Source: a virus
Lineage: Duplodnaviria; Caudoviricetes
DNA: 64,000 bases
IMG/VR virus record: IMGVR_UViG_3300027766_000001
Direction: 5' to 3' (one strand)
The position numbers and the translations under genes were made by a program. The notes below the pieces were generated by a model, which searched no databases, was not told the DNA's origin, and saw only the letters and a program-made list of their open reading frames with translations. Below are positions 36,028 to 47,608 of this stretch, in pieces (the first letter of the stretch is position 1; the number at the start of each line of letters is the position of its first letter).

Positions 36028-36512
36028 ATGTCAGAGTCCACCCGTCAGAACTTGATCAATCACCTCAAACAAAAAGAGGGTATCATTCCCGTCTGGGCCA
36101 ATTCCATTTACGGTCGTGGCGAGTACATCGTGGCGTCCAACGGTTTCCCGGGTAGTGAAAGCCGCAGTGCACACATCGACCACGTCGAAGGCATGTCCTG
36201 GGATCCGGCAGGTACAGTGTTGCTGGTCAATGCGGGTAAGCTTGTCAAAGGCGAGGAGAAGAACCCGCACAAAGACAGCATCACCATTACCATCGCGGGG
36301 ATGAGCAACACCGGCAAGACGTTGATTCAGCACATCATCACCGATGCACTGCGCGACAAAGGTTTCGAAATCAACTTCACCCCACGGGCTGAAAGTGAAA
36401 TGGCGAACACCGTTGACGACATTGACAAAGCTGCGGCCACGGTGCGTAAGCAGACTAAGATTCTGCTGGACGAACAGCACCTGTATAAACGTACGGTGCT
36501 CGGGAGTAAGTA

Positions 36513-36513
<1 letters not shown>
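36028..36513 (+). CDS. Hypothetical protein with C-terminal mini P-loop
   Basis: ITITIAGMSNTGKT Walker A-like; AGGAG SD before ATG 36028. Confidence 0.7.
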
Positions 36514-38872
<2,359 letters not shown>

Positions 38873-38876
38873 ATCG

Positions 38877-38901
38877 ATTCAAATCTATATTACTGTGGTG
38901 A
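38877..38901 (+). promoter_or_regulatory. Putative phage early promoter
   Basis: ATTCA-aat-CTATATTAC-tgtg-GTGA; contains exact TATATTAC. Confidence 0.7.
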
Positions 38902-38954
38902 ATCTCAATGCCGTGATCTCTTCACGGCACTTCATTTAATAAAAGGAAACCTGT

Positions 38955-40358
38955 ATGAACACCTCTATCAAAGCCCTGCGTTCTGTATCTGACCTGAACA
39001 CTGACGTTTCTGTAACCTCTATTGTTAAACCCCTGGATTCTGTGTTCGGCTCATTGGGCGAATTGCTGTTCAGCTGGGTTAATTCCTGTGGCTACGGCGA
39101 TCAGGATCACAAAGATCTCGACATGGCGCTCACCAAAGCCTGCTGCGAAGCACTCGGTCTTCCGTTCGTCAACTTCGACACCGACAACTTCATCAACCAC
39201 ACCCAGTATTTCCCGTCCGATGAATTCCTTGAGCCTTTCCTGGTAAAGCATGACTTCATCCGCAAAGGCAATGGTTCCTTCGTCGCCCTGGATCACGGTA
39301 ACCGTGTAATCGGTTATCTGTCTGTTGCGCCGGACAGTCACCGTAACGTCACCGTTGTTTTCGGTGGTGCGGAATCGCTTGCGCTTGAGTTGCTGGATCT
39401 TTTTAAAGGGAACCTTGCTACCGACCCGGTGAGCGAGTCTCGTACTCCGTACTATGAAGTGGTTAAAGGTGGTCGTGGTATGAGCTTTATGCCGGGCGGT
39501 GGTGGCGAAGCACTGGCGTTGACCAATGGGGTGATTGATCGCCCGCGCGTTGCTCAGCCGGAGTTCTATCCTTACCTGGGTGGTTCGGTGCATGAGCTGT
39601 TTGCGCAGTTTATGGCTTCCGATGAAACGGTGATGATTCTGTCAGGTCCTCCGGGCACCGGCAAAACTTCAGCAGTTTCTGCGGCTATTGATCTGCTGCG
39701 TATTCTGCCGATCTATGCCAAGAAAACCGACGTCATCGCGGACCGTGACTTTGTTGACTTCGTCTTTAAGGTGAGCGACAAGTACATGAGCCAGATTGGC
39801 GGGACCGATGCACGTGCACGTGCAGATCTGTTTAAAGATAACCCGCTGATTGAGCGTGAGTTACTCGACAAGAAACTCGCTGCGTTCCGTACTGACGAGG
39901 GTGTCGAGAAAGAAGAGCCGCGTGTTCCGATGGTTATCTGTGAAGATGCAGATCTTCTTCTGGCGCCGCGTAGCATGGGTAACACCTTGATGGGTAACCT
40001 GCTGAACGAAACTGACGGCATCTCCAGCAACACGTCACGTAAAGTGGTCTTCCTCACCAACATCACCGATCGTAAATTGATCGAAGAAGCGTTGATGCGT
40101 GAAGGTCGTTGCTTTGCAGTGATTGACTTCCGTCTGCTGACCCCGGAAGAAGCGGTTGCTGCACGCGAAGCTGCGGGTCTGCCGCCGTTCAAAGAAGTGC
40201 CAACCGCACCGATTTCTCTGGCTGCGACTTTGCGTAAACCACGTAAGAGCATCAAAATCATCGATGGCAAAATTGTCATCAGTGAAGTGGTGGTCGACCA
40301 CGTCAATGCGGAAACGCACGTTGATGATCGTGTTGACGAAGACAAAGACGCTGAGTAA
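38955..40358 (+). CDS. AAA+ ATPase
   Basis: Walker A GPPGTGKT, Walker B ICEDAD, LLNETDG, LTN sensor, REGR arginine finger. Confidence 0.85.
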   Translation: MNTSIKALRSVSDLNTDVSVTSIVKPLDSVFGSLGELLFSWVNSCGYGDQDHKDLDMALTKACCEALGLPFVNFDTDNFINHTQYFPSDEFLEPFLVKHDFIRKGNGSFVALDHGNRVIGYLSVAPDSHRNVTVVFGGAESLALELLDLFKGNLATDPVSESRTPYYEVVKGGRGMSFMPGGGGEALALTNGVIDRPRVAQPEFYPYLGGSVHELFAQFMASDETVMILSGPPGTGKTSAVSAAIDLLRILPIYAKKTDVIADRDFVDFVFKVSDKYMSQIGGTDARARADLFKDNPLIERELLDKKLAAFRTDEGVEKEEPRVPMVICEDADLLLAPRSMGNTLMGNLLNETDGISSNTSRKVVFLTNITDRKLIEEALMREGRCFAVIDFRLLTPEEAVAAREAAGLPPFKEVPTAPISLAATLRKPRKSIKIIDGKIVISEVVVDHVNAETHVDDRVDEDKDAE

Positions 40359-40359
40359 T

Positions 40360-40399
40360 CGGCATAAGCGCCAGGGGTAATTCCCTGGCCTTATTTTTT
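40360..40399 (+). terminator. Intrinsic terminator with CGGCATAAG flank
   Basis: GCCAGGGG-TAATT-CCCTGGC-CTTATTTTTT. Confidence 0.75.
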
Positions 40400-40419
40400 A
40401 ACACAAACCAGAGGTTTTT

Positions 40420-40920
40420 ATGGGTAAGTTTGCTGATCTTAAATCCCAAACAGTGCCGTTGTTGAAAGCCACGCCGCAAGCAGAACCCCTTCATTATCGT
40501 GTCGGTAAGCAGTTAGGCGAAACCATGGCCGATGCGCTAACAGGGATGCTTAACGCACCTGTTGCCGATTTAGAAGCTGCAGTAATAAAAGATGGTGGTG
40601 TCGCGTCGAACCACAACGTTACGTTTAGCATTAATGAAAACATGGGTTGGTTTGACATTCGTGTTGATAAACTGAAAGTTGACGGTGTCAATGTTTACGA
40701 CCAACTCATCTATGGTGACAGCATCAAGAAGATGTTGAACGTTGCATGTCTGACTATTGTTAGCAAACACCCAGACTTGTTTGCGGTCTACCAATTCGAT
40801 GAAATGGCGTGTGCGACGGTTTACATTAACGATGAGTCGTTCGAGCCCGCTCGTCCGGTTTCCTTCAGCGTTTGGAAATGGCTTAAGTCCTTGTTTGTGC
40901 CGCACAAAGTCGGCGTGTAA
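40420..40920 (+). CDS. Hypothetical protein
   Basis: GAGG SD. Confidence 0.75.
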   Translation: MGKFADLKSQTVPLLKATPQAEPLHYRVGKQLGETMADALTGMLNAPVADLEAAVIKDGGVASNHNVTFSINENMGWFDIRVDKLKVDGVNVYDQLIYGDSIKKMLNVACLTIVSKHPDLFAVYQFDEMACATVYINDESFEPARPVSFSVWKWLKSLFVPHKVGV

Positions 40921-40944
40921 TTCTTAACTTGTTGGGGTGTTACT

Positions 40945-41289
40945 ATGCCATTCATGATTGTCAACACAAAGCAGATCAACATTGATCAGCCCATGTTTAA
41001 TCAGCTTTGCCAGCTTATCCGTAAGTGTCGTCCACAAATTGACAACATGTCAATCCTGGAAGCTTACCAGATTAAAGAAGATGGTGATTACGCCATCCTC
41101 AACAACAAGGTGTACGTGATTCTGAAAATCAGTGGTCATCGTCTGCCGAAATATCTGTGTCTCGGACGTCGTGAGCTTCAGCCTGAGCTGGATGCGTTAA
41201 ACCCTACGTTCATTACCGATCGACGGATGCGGATTGATAACCATCTGTCCTTCCCCGATCAACCTGAAATCATTTACCACACCTGTTAA
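40945..41289 (+). CDS. Hypothetical protein
   Basis: GGGGTG SD. Confidence 0.75.
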   Translation: MPFMIVNTKQINIDQPMFNQLCQLIRKCRPQIDNMSILEAYQIKEDGDYAILNNKVYVILKISGHRLPKYLCLGRRELQPELDALNPTFITDRRMRIDNHLSFPDQPEIIYHTC

Positions 41290-41301
41290 GGATAAACCCG
41301 T

Positions 41302-41997
41302 ATGATCAATGCACAACCTGCCACCGGCTACCCAAATCTGTTTGAGTACGGTGAAAACGAAGTGCCGTTCACCGCCAAGGTCGACAGCAAGAAAGAGCTG
41401 CCGGCCAATGCCGATGACAACGACGTCGCGCTGGTTGCCGATGAGGTGGTCTACAGCTTCAATGCCGAAGAAGGCGAGTGGAAATTGAACCTGTGGCTGA
41501 CACACGTTTGGGAAATGGAAGTCAAGCGTGATGAAGCAAACAAATCCAAATGGGAGCTGGCGGTGATGGATGCCGTGACCCGTCTGGACTTCGGCAAAGG
41601 TGAACGTAAAGACTGGACTCTTCAGAACTGGATGGCACATGTCGGTGCGGGTCTGCGTTCTGATCATCTGGTGGTGTTCGGTAGCATCCAGGCGGCTGAT
41701 GCCATGATTCGCGGCATCCTGAATACCGTGGCAGCCGCACACGCTGAAACTAAAGAAGCCGGCCCGTTGACCCTGAACTTCTCAGGTGGCACCGAACTGC
41801 AACGCACGCTGATCGGCACTACCCTTATCGGTAAGCTTGCACCTCTGCCGGTTAAAGTCGGTGAGAACCTATCCTCGCTGTTCCAACGCATGGATCACAC
41901 TGGCGGGCTGGGCGAAGAAGAATACCTGGTCGTGATGGAAGCGGTGGCTAAAACCGGCATCACGATCGAAGCTGACCTGTCTCCAAAAGAAGATTAA
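41302..41997 (+). CDS. Hypothetical protein
   Basis: AAGGA SD; ELP.....D...V...Y.F....W module like that of the 5066 gene. Confidence 0.75.
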   Translation: MINAQPATGYPNLFEYGENEVPFTAKVDSKKELPANADDNDVALVADEVVYSFNAEEGEWKLNLWLTHVWEMEVKRDEANKSKWELAVMDAVTRLDFGKGERKDWTLQNWMAHVGAGLRSDHLVVFGSIQAADAMIRGILNTVAAAHAETKEAGPLTLNFSGGTELQRTLIGTTLIGKLAPLPVKVGENLSSLFQRMDHTGGLGEEEYLVVMEAVAKTGITIEADLSPKED

Positions 41998-42029
41998 CCC
42001 TTTTAACCACCTCAATAAAGAGAACACGC

Positions 42030-42917
42030 ATGTCACAGTCTAACGGTACCTTAGTTATTAGCATTCCTCATGATGCAACCGACCCGATCGCCATCGTTAA
42101 AAAGGTCGTCAATAGTTTCATCGTTGACGCACCGGTGTCCGGTCTGTCGGTCAATATCGATGTGAACGCCACCTACAAAGAAGTACCGGTAAGTGGCCCG
42201 TCTCGCTTCCTGGGTAACGTGGTTATTAGCAACGGCACTGTAGTGGCTAACAACGTACATCCGCTGGAAGACGTGCCGGAGTATATGGCGAAGATCCGTC
42301 AGTGGGCAACCGACCGTAACATCATCGGCGGTGGCTCTACCGACCTGGATCAGCTGATCAAAGGTCTGACAGAAGCGGGTGAGTTCTGGACTCATATCGG
42401 TAAACGTCAGCATGCAATGCTCAAAGACGACATCGGTGACATCATTGTTTGCCTGGTGAACTCAGTGGGTTGTCTGGATATCAATCTGGAAGACTACATC
42501 ACAGCACTGGACAAAGACAGTCGTGTCGGCGCTAAGGCCCAGTATGAAGCAAAAGGCCTGAAACGCACCAGCCTGCAGGTACTGTACGGTCTGACTGATG
42601 CGGCGCGTCACATCGAAACATTGATGGATAACAGCGACGCACACCCTGTTGACATCCGCTCCATTAAAATCGATATCGCAGACGCAGCAAGCGACGTGGT
42701 TTACGTGCTGGAAACGATTGCCATTGAAATGGGCTGGACGCTGGCTGAATGTCTGCACGAAGCCTACTACGATATCTGGCAGCGTAAAGGTCTGATGGTT
42801 CAGGGTACGTTTGTCAAAGAGTCTGACTTCACCCGTGAAATGGTTGAAGCCGCGCTGGCTGACCCGAACACCAAACCGACCACCCGTGCCTACCTGACGG
42901 GTTGGCTGGCCAAGTAA
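42030..42917 (+). CDS. MazG-like NTP pyrophosphohydrolase
   Basis: QLIKGLTEAGE...DDIGDIIVCL all-alpha motif; C-terminal ECLHEAYYDI..RKG.M.QG.FVKESD. Confidence 0.75.
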   Translation: MSQSNGTLVISIPHDATDPIAIVKKVVNSFIVDAPVSGLSVNIDVNATYKEVPVSGPSRFLGNVVISNGTVVANNVHPLEDVPEYMAKIRQWATDRNIIGGGSTDLDQLIKGLTEAGEFWTHIGKRQHAMLKDDIGDIIVCLVNSVGCLDINLEDYITALDKDSRVGAKAQYEAKGLKRTSLQVLYGLTDAARHIETLMDNSDAHPVDIRSIKIDIADAASDVVYVLETIAIEMGWTLAECLHEAYYDIWQRKGLMVQGTFVKESDFTREMVEAALADPNTKPTTRAYLTGWLAK

Positions 42918-42932
42918 TCCCTGGGGGGTTGT

Positions 42933-43280
42933 ATGATCGAAGTCAAACAAGTCGCTTACCGCTTTAATGCTGACATGTTAAAGCTGTATGCTGAGCGTAT
43001 TACCCGTGCACAGGACGAAGGGCGTCAGGTGTTCATTGTAGCGTCTCCGGAAAACCAGGAGAAGTTCAAAGATCACTTGCCACACTTTATCAACGAGGCG
43101 TCTTTTGCCGCGGTGGTGTTTGTTGGTTACCCGGTCAGTGAACGTGAGGCTAATAACCTCGGTCGTGGTGCCGCCAACGTCAGCTGGATCGTTGTCGATG
43201 ATACAGGTCGTTATACTGAGATCATGGCACCTGTGATGGAAGCGGTTGGCAATCCCGACGTGTTGTTCGTCCAACATTAA
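42933..43280 (+). CDS. Hypothetical protein, tandem paralogue A
   Basis: YRF...YP...IVVDDTGRYT. Confidence 0.75.
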   Translation: MIEVKQVAYRFNADMLKLYAERITRAQDEGRQVFIVASPENQEKFKDHLPHFINEASFAAVVFVGYPVSEREANNLGRGAANVSWIVVDDTGRYTEIMAPVMEAVGNPDVLFVQH

Positions 43281-43323
43281 TACCTAGAGGGCTTCGGCCC
43301 TCTTCTTATACCCGGAGACTTGT

Positions 43324-43680
43324 ATGATCAGAGAAATTAAAACCGAGTACCGTTTTAGCAACGTCATGATCGCAACGTACCTTGCGTATGTTAAAACGGC
43401 ATTTGAATCCAACCAGACGCCTGTCGTCTTTGCAGATGTGGGGAGTCGCAGTGAACTCAAAACTCTGTTCCAGGAGAACCTGGATAAGGCACAGTTTGAG
43501 CGCATTGAGTTTCGTGCTTACCCGCATGATCCGCGCGTGGCTGAGAACATGGCCAAAGGCTTATCCAATAAGCTGTTTATCGTCATTGATGAGAAAGGTC
43601 GCTTCACTGACCAGATCAGTCGTTCCATTGGTTGGTCCATGGCTGCTGCCAGAACCGACGCATTAATTGTTCACCACTAA
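43324..43680 (+). CDS. Hypothetical protein, tandem paralogue B
   Basis: YRF...YP...IVIDEKGRFT; hairpin at about 43286-43307 upstream. Confidence 0.75.
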   Translation: MIREIKTEYRFSNVMIATYLAYVKTAFESNQTPVVFADVGSRSELKTLFQENLDKAQFERIEFRAYPHDPRVAENMAKGLSNKLFIVIDEKGRFTDQISRSIGWSMAAARTDALIVHH

Positions 43681-43696
43681 CCCGTAGGGAGTTGTT

Positions 43697-44470
43697 ATGT
43701 CAAAGAAGATTGTTGTTGAGATTGAAGTCGACGTTGCCGTTATTGCCGCTAACATGAAACGCCATGGCATGGTCATGGATGGCGAGCGTGTTAACCCGCT
43801 TAAGCTCGATGAGTACCTCAAAGGTTACCTGAGCGGTGCTATGGTGTCTGGGCTCGAGCTGAACGGTAAACTCGACATGCTTAAGATCGATGTCGAAAAC
43901 TTCCTGCAGGGTAAACCGGTTAGCGACGATGCTTTCTGGCAGACCTGGAACCGTGCACAAAACAACACCACCAACACTGCGCCGTTCGAATTGACTGACG
44001 CTACGTGTAAACTGGTTAATGATCGTGAAGGCGACCAGATTGTTGCACTGCTGGGTGTCTTTGGCAAACCTAACCGCCTGGGTCACACTTACTCGGTTTA
44101 TGACAAAGCTGTGTTAATCCATCGACTGGAAAGCATGATCGGTAACGCAGTGGGTGAGATCGAAAACCCCATCACTGCCCAACTCGACCACAATTCCACC
44201 ATGGTCCGTAGCACCACGATTGATTATGAAAAATCAGCGGGTGTGTTGTTAGACTACGAAATCACCACGTTTAGCCATGAGGGTAAAGAGGTTCATGAAG
44301 TGGTAGGGTTGATCGAACCGTCTGAGAAACTTAAGCAGAAGGCCCGTAACGGTGAAAGCTGCTTCTTTGGCATTCGCTGTTTGAACGAGTTTAACAGCCC
44401 TGACGGCAAAAACCATAGTGTCACTCTCCTCGTAGCTTTTGATATTCTGCGCGAAGATCCGCGTTACTAA
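43697..44470 (+). CDS. Protein with C-terminal degenerate prohead-protease (gp21/gp175-like) fold
   Basis: NRLGHTY...GEIENP...R..TID...VVGLIEP...FGIR...VAFD. Confidence 0.55.
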   Translation: MSKKIVVEIEVDVAVIAANMKRHGMVMDGERVNPLKLDEYLKGYLSGAMVSGLELNGKLDMLKIDVENFLQGKPVSDDAFWQTWNRAQNNTTNTAPFELTDATCKLVNDREGDQIVALLGVFGKPNRLGHTYSVYDKAVLIHRLESMIGNAVGEIENPITAQLDHNSTMVRSTTIDYEKSAGVLLDYEITTFSHEGKEVHEVVGLIEPSEKLKQKARNGESCFFGIRCLNEFNSPDGKNHSVTLLVAFDILREDPRY

Positions 44471-44793
44471 TGATCAGTAAACAACTCCTGAAGTTGTACT
44501 GGGCTGGGTACTTCTTCAGGCGTAAGCTTCCTTCTGGGTTGACGCTGTTTATGCTGACCGTGGTGGTGTTGCTCGGTTTCGGTATTGTTGATTGGGTTGT
44601 TAACTTTACCACTGGCTTAAACAGCGGTCCGTCGTTAGCGGATGTGTTTACCGACAAGGAATACACAGCCACTGAGACTGTTGCAGAACAGTTCTTTAAA
44701 CTCCCAGCACTGGATAACGTGTCTGGGGATAACCTGGTGAAACTCGGGATAAGAGCCGCCGCACATGAAAAGAACCAAGAACATCCGCCATGA
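44470..44793 (+). CDS. Membrane protein
   Basis: TAATG coupling; TM helix LTLFMLTVVVLLGFGIV. Confidence 0.7.
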   Translation: MISKQLLKLYWAGYFFRRKLPSGLTLFMLTVVVLLGFGIVDWVVNFTTGLNSGPSLADVFTDKEYTATETVAEQFFKLPALDNVSGDNLVKLGIRAAAHEKNQEHPP

Positions 44794-45346
44794 CCGTTTT
44801 CGTAAGGCATGGCATTTTGGCAAGGTATCCATGATCGTGATTGCATCAACCGGCGCATTGGTTGCCTGTGATGAAGTTGCTGATCAAGATGTTGCAATGT
44901 ATAAAAACGCAGATGACTGCAGTCGAGCCCATCCGTCTGAATCTGCACAGTGCAAGTCAGCGTACGACAAAGCACTGAGTGAAGCGGATCGTACCGGTCC
45001 GAAGTACAACAGTCAAAAAGATTGTGAGCAGGACTTCTCAACCGATCAGTGTCATTACTCCAGCAGCGGGTCACACTGGATGCCGTATATGTACGGTTAC
45101 ATGTACGGAAACACTGGCAGCAGTTATGCACAGCCATTGTACTCATCAAGCCGCCCGGGTAGCCAGATGTATCGTCAAGCCTTTGATGCACAAGGCAAGA
45201 ACTACGGCAGTGCTATCTCTGGTCGTAACTTTAAAACCAGCCGTACGGCGTTTGTGAGTCGCCCTACGTCTTCTACTATTACCCGTGGTGGGTTTGGTCG
45301 CTCTGTGTCCGCACACGCGTCCTCTTCTCACTCCTCAGGAGGTTAG
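44765..45346 (+). CDS. ygiB: YgiB/DUF1190 family lipoprotein
   Basis: MKRTKNIRH..FRK.W N-terminus as in enterobacterial YgiB, lipobox LVAC, four Cys, WMPYMYGY, TITRGGFG. Confidence 0.9.
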   Translation: MKRTKNIRHDRFRKAWHFGKVSMIVIASTGALVACDEVADQDVAMYKNADDCSRAHPSESAQCKSAYDKALSEADRTGPKYNSQKDCEQDFSTDQCHYSSSGSHWMPYMYGYMYGNTGSSYAQPLYSSSRPGSQMYRQAFDAQGKNYGSAISGRNFKTSRTAFVSRPTSSTITRGGFGRSVSAHASSSHSSGG

Positions 45347-45349
45347 TCC

Positions 45350-46024
45350 ATGTTTTACCCTTACCCGTTGGAAAGTAAAAAGCAACAATCAAAACGCACC
45401 AAGAAACTGTTTAACCGGTTCCTTAAGCACACAGATCACAATCGCACGTTCAACCACAAACAATGGAAGAACTGGCTTAATGGCGATAGTCTTGAAGGCA
45501 ATGACTATGTTCACACCTGGAAGGTGCGTGAGTCCTACATTCCGCGTTATGGGTTTGCAATCATCACAACAGAAGTGGTCAGTCGCCTTGCCACGTTCAT
45601 GCGTGGTAAACGCGTGCTGGATAGTGGTGCGGGCGCTGGTTACCTAAGTAACTGTTTACGTAATCGTGGCATTAAGGTTACAGCCATCGATAATTGGTCA
45701 CACAGTTACGCCAGCTGGGGTAGTTTCAAAAGAGTCAGCAGCAATGTCATTGATTGTGATGTTCGTGATCACGATGTCGCGCAGTATGACGTGATTATCC
45801 TGAGCTGGCCGCATGATGGCATGGAGGCCCTCAGCAAGATGGTCTCTGGTCAATATCTCATCTATCAAGGTGAAAGCGCGTACGGTGCTACCGGCAGTGA
45901 GGAGTTCTTCGCAACGTTAGAAGAGTCTGGTCAGTTTGAAGAAATTGATGCGGGATTCTTAAACGAGTATGCATTGCAGTTCGACGGCATCCACGACTAC
46001 TGGAATGTCTACAAAAAGAAATAA
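45350..46024 (+). CDS. Class I SAM-dependent methyltransferase
   Basis: Motif I VLDSGAGAGY, TAID, ILSWP. Confidence 0.75.
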   Translation: MFYPYPLESKKQQSKRTKKLFNRFLKHTDHNRTFNHKQWKNWLNGDSLEGNDYVHTWKVRESYIPRYGFAIITTEVVSRLATFMRGKRVLDSGAGAGYLSNCLRNRGIKVTAIDNWSHSYASWGSFKRVSSNVIDCDVRDHDVAQYDVIILSWPHDGMEALSKMVSGQYLIYQGESAYGATGSEEFFATLEESGQFEEIDAGFLNEYALQFDGIHDYWNVYKKK

Positions 46025-46064
46025 CCACACTCAACGGGGCAATTGAGTCCCAGAGGAAAATACC

Positions 46065-46742
46065 ATGAATTCATCTTTACGTGTTATTAATCGTTCGTTT
46101 TCTATTGAAATGGTCAATGCACTGACCCAAATGCTGACCGTCAAGTGCAGCGAGAACCACCTTGAAGGGTTGGCGCAGTTTATCCGTTTCAATAACCTTG
46201 GGTTCAAAAGCATCTTCTCCAAACAGGCGTTTCTGGTAACCCCGCACAAAGTGCGTGTCGAAACAGCGGTAATGGAATCCACCCACGGTAAGATCTATTG
46301 GGAGCTGCGTGACGGTATTGTCGAGCTTTACCCAATGGGTCGTTTCGGTGATCTGCGTTTTACGTTAACGCTCGAGCACCTGTGTGAAATCCTGATGCGG
46401 GAAACCGAGCTCAAACGCTGGGACGACTTCCGTATCGCCAGCATGGGTCTCGATGGACGGGTGATCTACTTCTATTCGCATCTGATGTTTGATGACCACA
46501 TCACCATTACCGACCGTGAAACCTTCTACATTGAACTGAGTGAAGGCATGGGTGGTAACTGGATCTGCGAAGAACATTTCTGCACCGAAGAGATGCGTGC
46601 AATGTTGGCGGAACAGCAGAACACCGGCCCGAGTTATTACCTCAGTAACGACGGCCAGTCAGTGCTGACGCGCAAACTCGACAGCGTCATGAAACAGTTT
46701 AAAACCGTGGCTGATATCAAAGCCCATTTCCACGTAAGCTAA
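46065..46742 (+). CDS. Hypothetical protein
   Basis: GAGGA SD. Confidence 0.75.
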   Translation: MNSSLRVINRSFSIEMVNALTQMLTVKCSENHLEGLAQFIRFNNLGFKSIFSKQAFLVTPHKVRVETAVMESTHGKIYWELRDGIVELYPMGRFGDLRFTLTLEHLCEILMRETELKRWDDFRIASMGLDGRVIYFYSHLMFDDHITITDRETFYIELSEGMGGNWICEEHFCTEEMRAMLAEQQNTGPSYYLSNDGQSVLTRKLDSVMKQFKTVADIKAHFHVS

Positions 46743-46752
46743 GGGGTCAGTC

Positions 46753-47034
46753 ATGTTAGAGTTATTATTATGGGTAGTCATCCTGTTCGGTGTTTTCGTC
46801 TTCTACCGTGGTGCGTGCGCTATCAGCCCCATGGTTATCCTGCTGGGTGCCGCAATTATCTTTGTGGGTAATAGCGGGCTTAACCGTCAAGAAGCCGAGT
46901 CAACCTGTGAAGCTATCCAACGCTTGGGCGGTAGTGCCGCCTATGACAATGGGAAGTGCCTGATCAAAGACAGTGCAGGTGTTTCCTTCGATCGCGATAA
47001 CGAGCGTTTCATTATCATTAATAAGGACAAGTAA
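46753..47034 (+). CDS. Small membrane protein
   Basis: Two TM helices, periplasmic Cys pair. Confidence 0.75.
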   Translation: MLELLLWVVILFGVFVFYRGACAISPMVILLGAAIIFVGNSGLNRQEAESTCEAIQRLGGSAAYDNGKCLIKDSAGVSFDRDNERFIIINKDK

Positions 47035-47038
47035 CCGC

Positions 47039-47224
47039 GTGGGTACGATCGTCAATCTGTTTGGTAAATTCCGCAGTCGTTGGGCTAAGTATCATGCACA
47101 GCGTCTGCGCGAACTGCGTCACTGTCAATTCAACGGTAACCCAGTGGAATGGTTCACTGGGCCTGAAACTATCATTTACCTGGACGAGAACGGCAAGCCT
47201 GAGCGCACCGTCGTCGTTCACTAA
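47039..47224 (+). CDS. Small hypothetical protein
   Basis: GTG start with AAGGA SD. Confidence 0.5.
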   Translation: MGTIVNLFGKFRSRWAKYHAQRLRELRHCQFNGNPVEWFTGPETIIYLDENGKPERTVVVH

Positions 47225-47237
47225 CGAGACAATCCTC

Positions 47238-47555
47238 ATGGGACAAAACACACAGCAGTACAGTCGTCTGGTAGACATCGCCGTAGAAGCGAACCCTGGC
47301 GACCTGATCCGTCACTCATCCTGGCGTGAGGGACAGACGGTCACCTGTTCAACCGAGTTCTTGCGTGGCTACGGTAACTATCCGCATGCTGCTCGGGCCG
47401 CTGAAGGTCTGAACAACTGGCCGGCTATCCGTAACGTCAAAGACGGTTACTGGACGTTTGCCGGTAAGTACCCGCGTACCCGCATCGAACCACGTCGCCC
47501 TTCGCGTTCGTGGATCAACAACGTACCTCCAATGGAAGGTGCGAAAGCGCTCTAA
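47238..47555 (+). CDS. Hypothetical protein
   Basis: ATG 47238 after GAG. Confidence 0.65.
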   Translation: MGQNTQQYSRLVDIAVEANPGDLIRHSSWREGQTVTCSTEFLRGYGNYPHAARAAEGLNNWPAIRNVKDGYWTFAGKYPRTRIEPRRPSRSWINNVPPMEGAKAL

Positions 47556-47558
47556 GCG

Positions 47559-47608
47559 TCATAAACCAGGTAGGCGCCCTTGCGGGCACCTACCTGGGTC
47601 TTATGCCG
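47559..47608. terminator. Bidirectional terminator between convergent genes
   Basis: CATAA-ACCAGGTAGG-CGCCC-TT-GCGGGCACCTACCTGGGT-CTTATGCCG. Confidence 0.75.
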
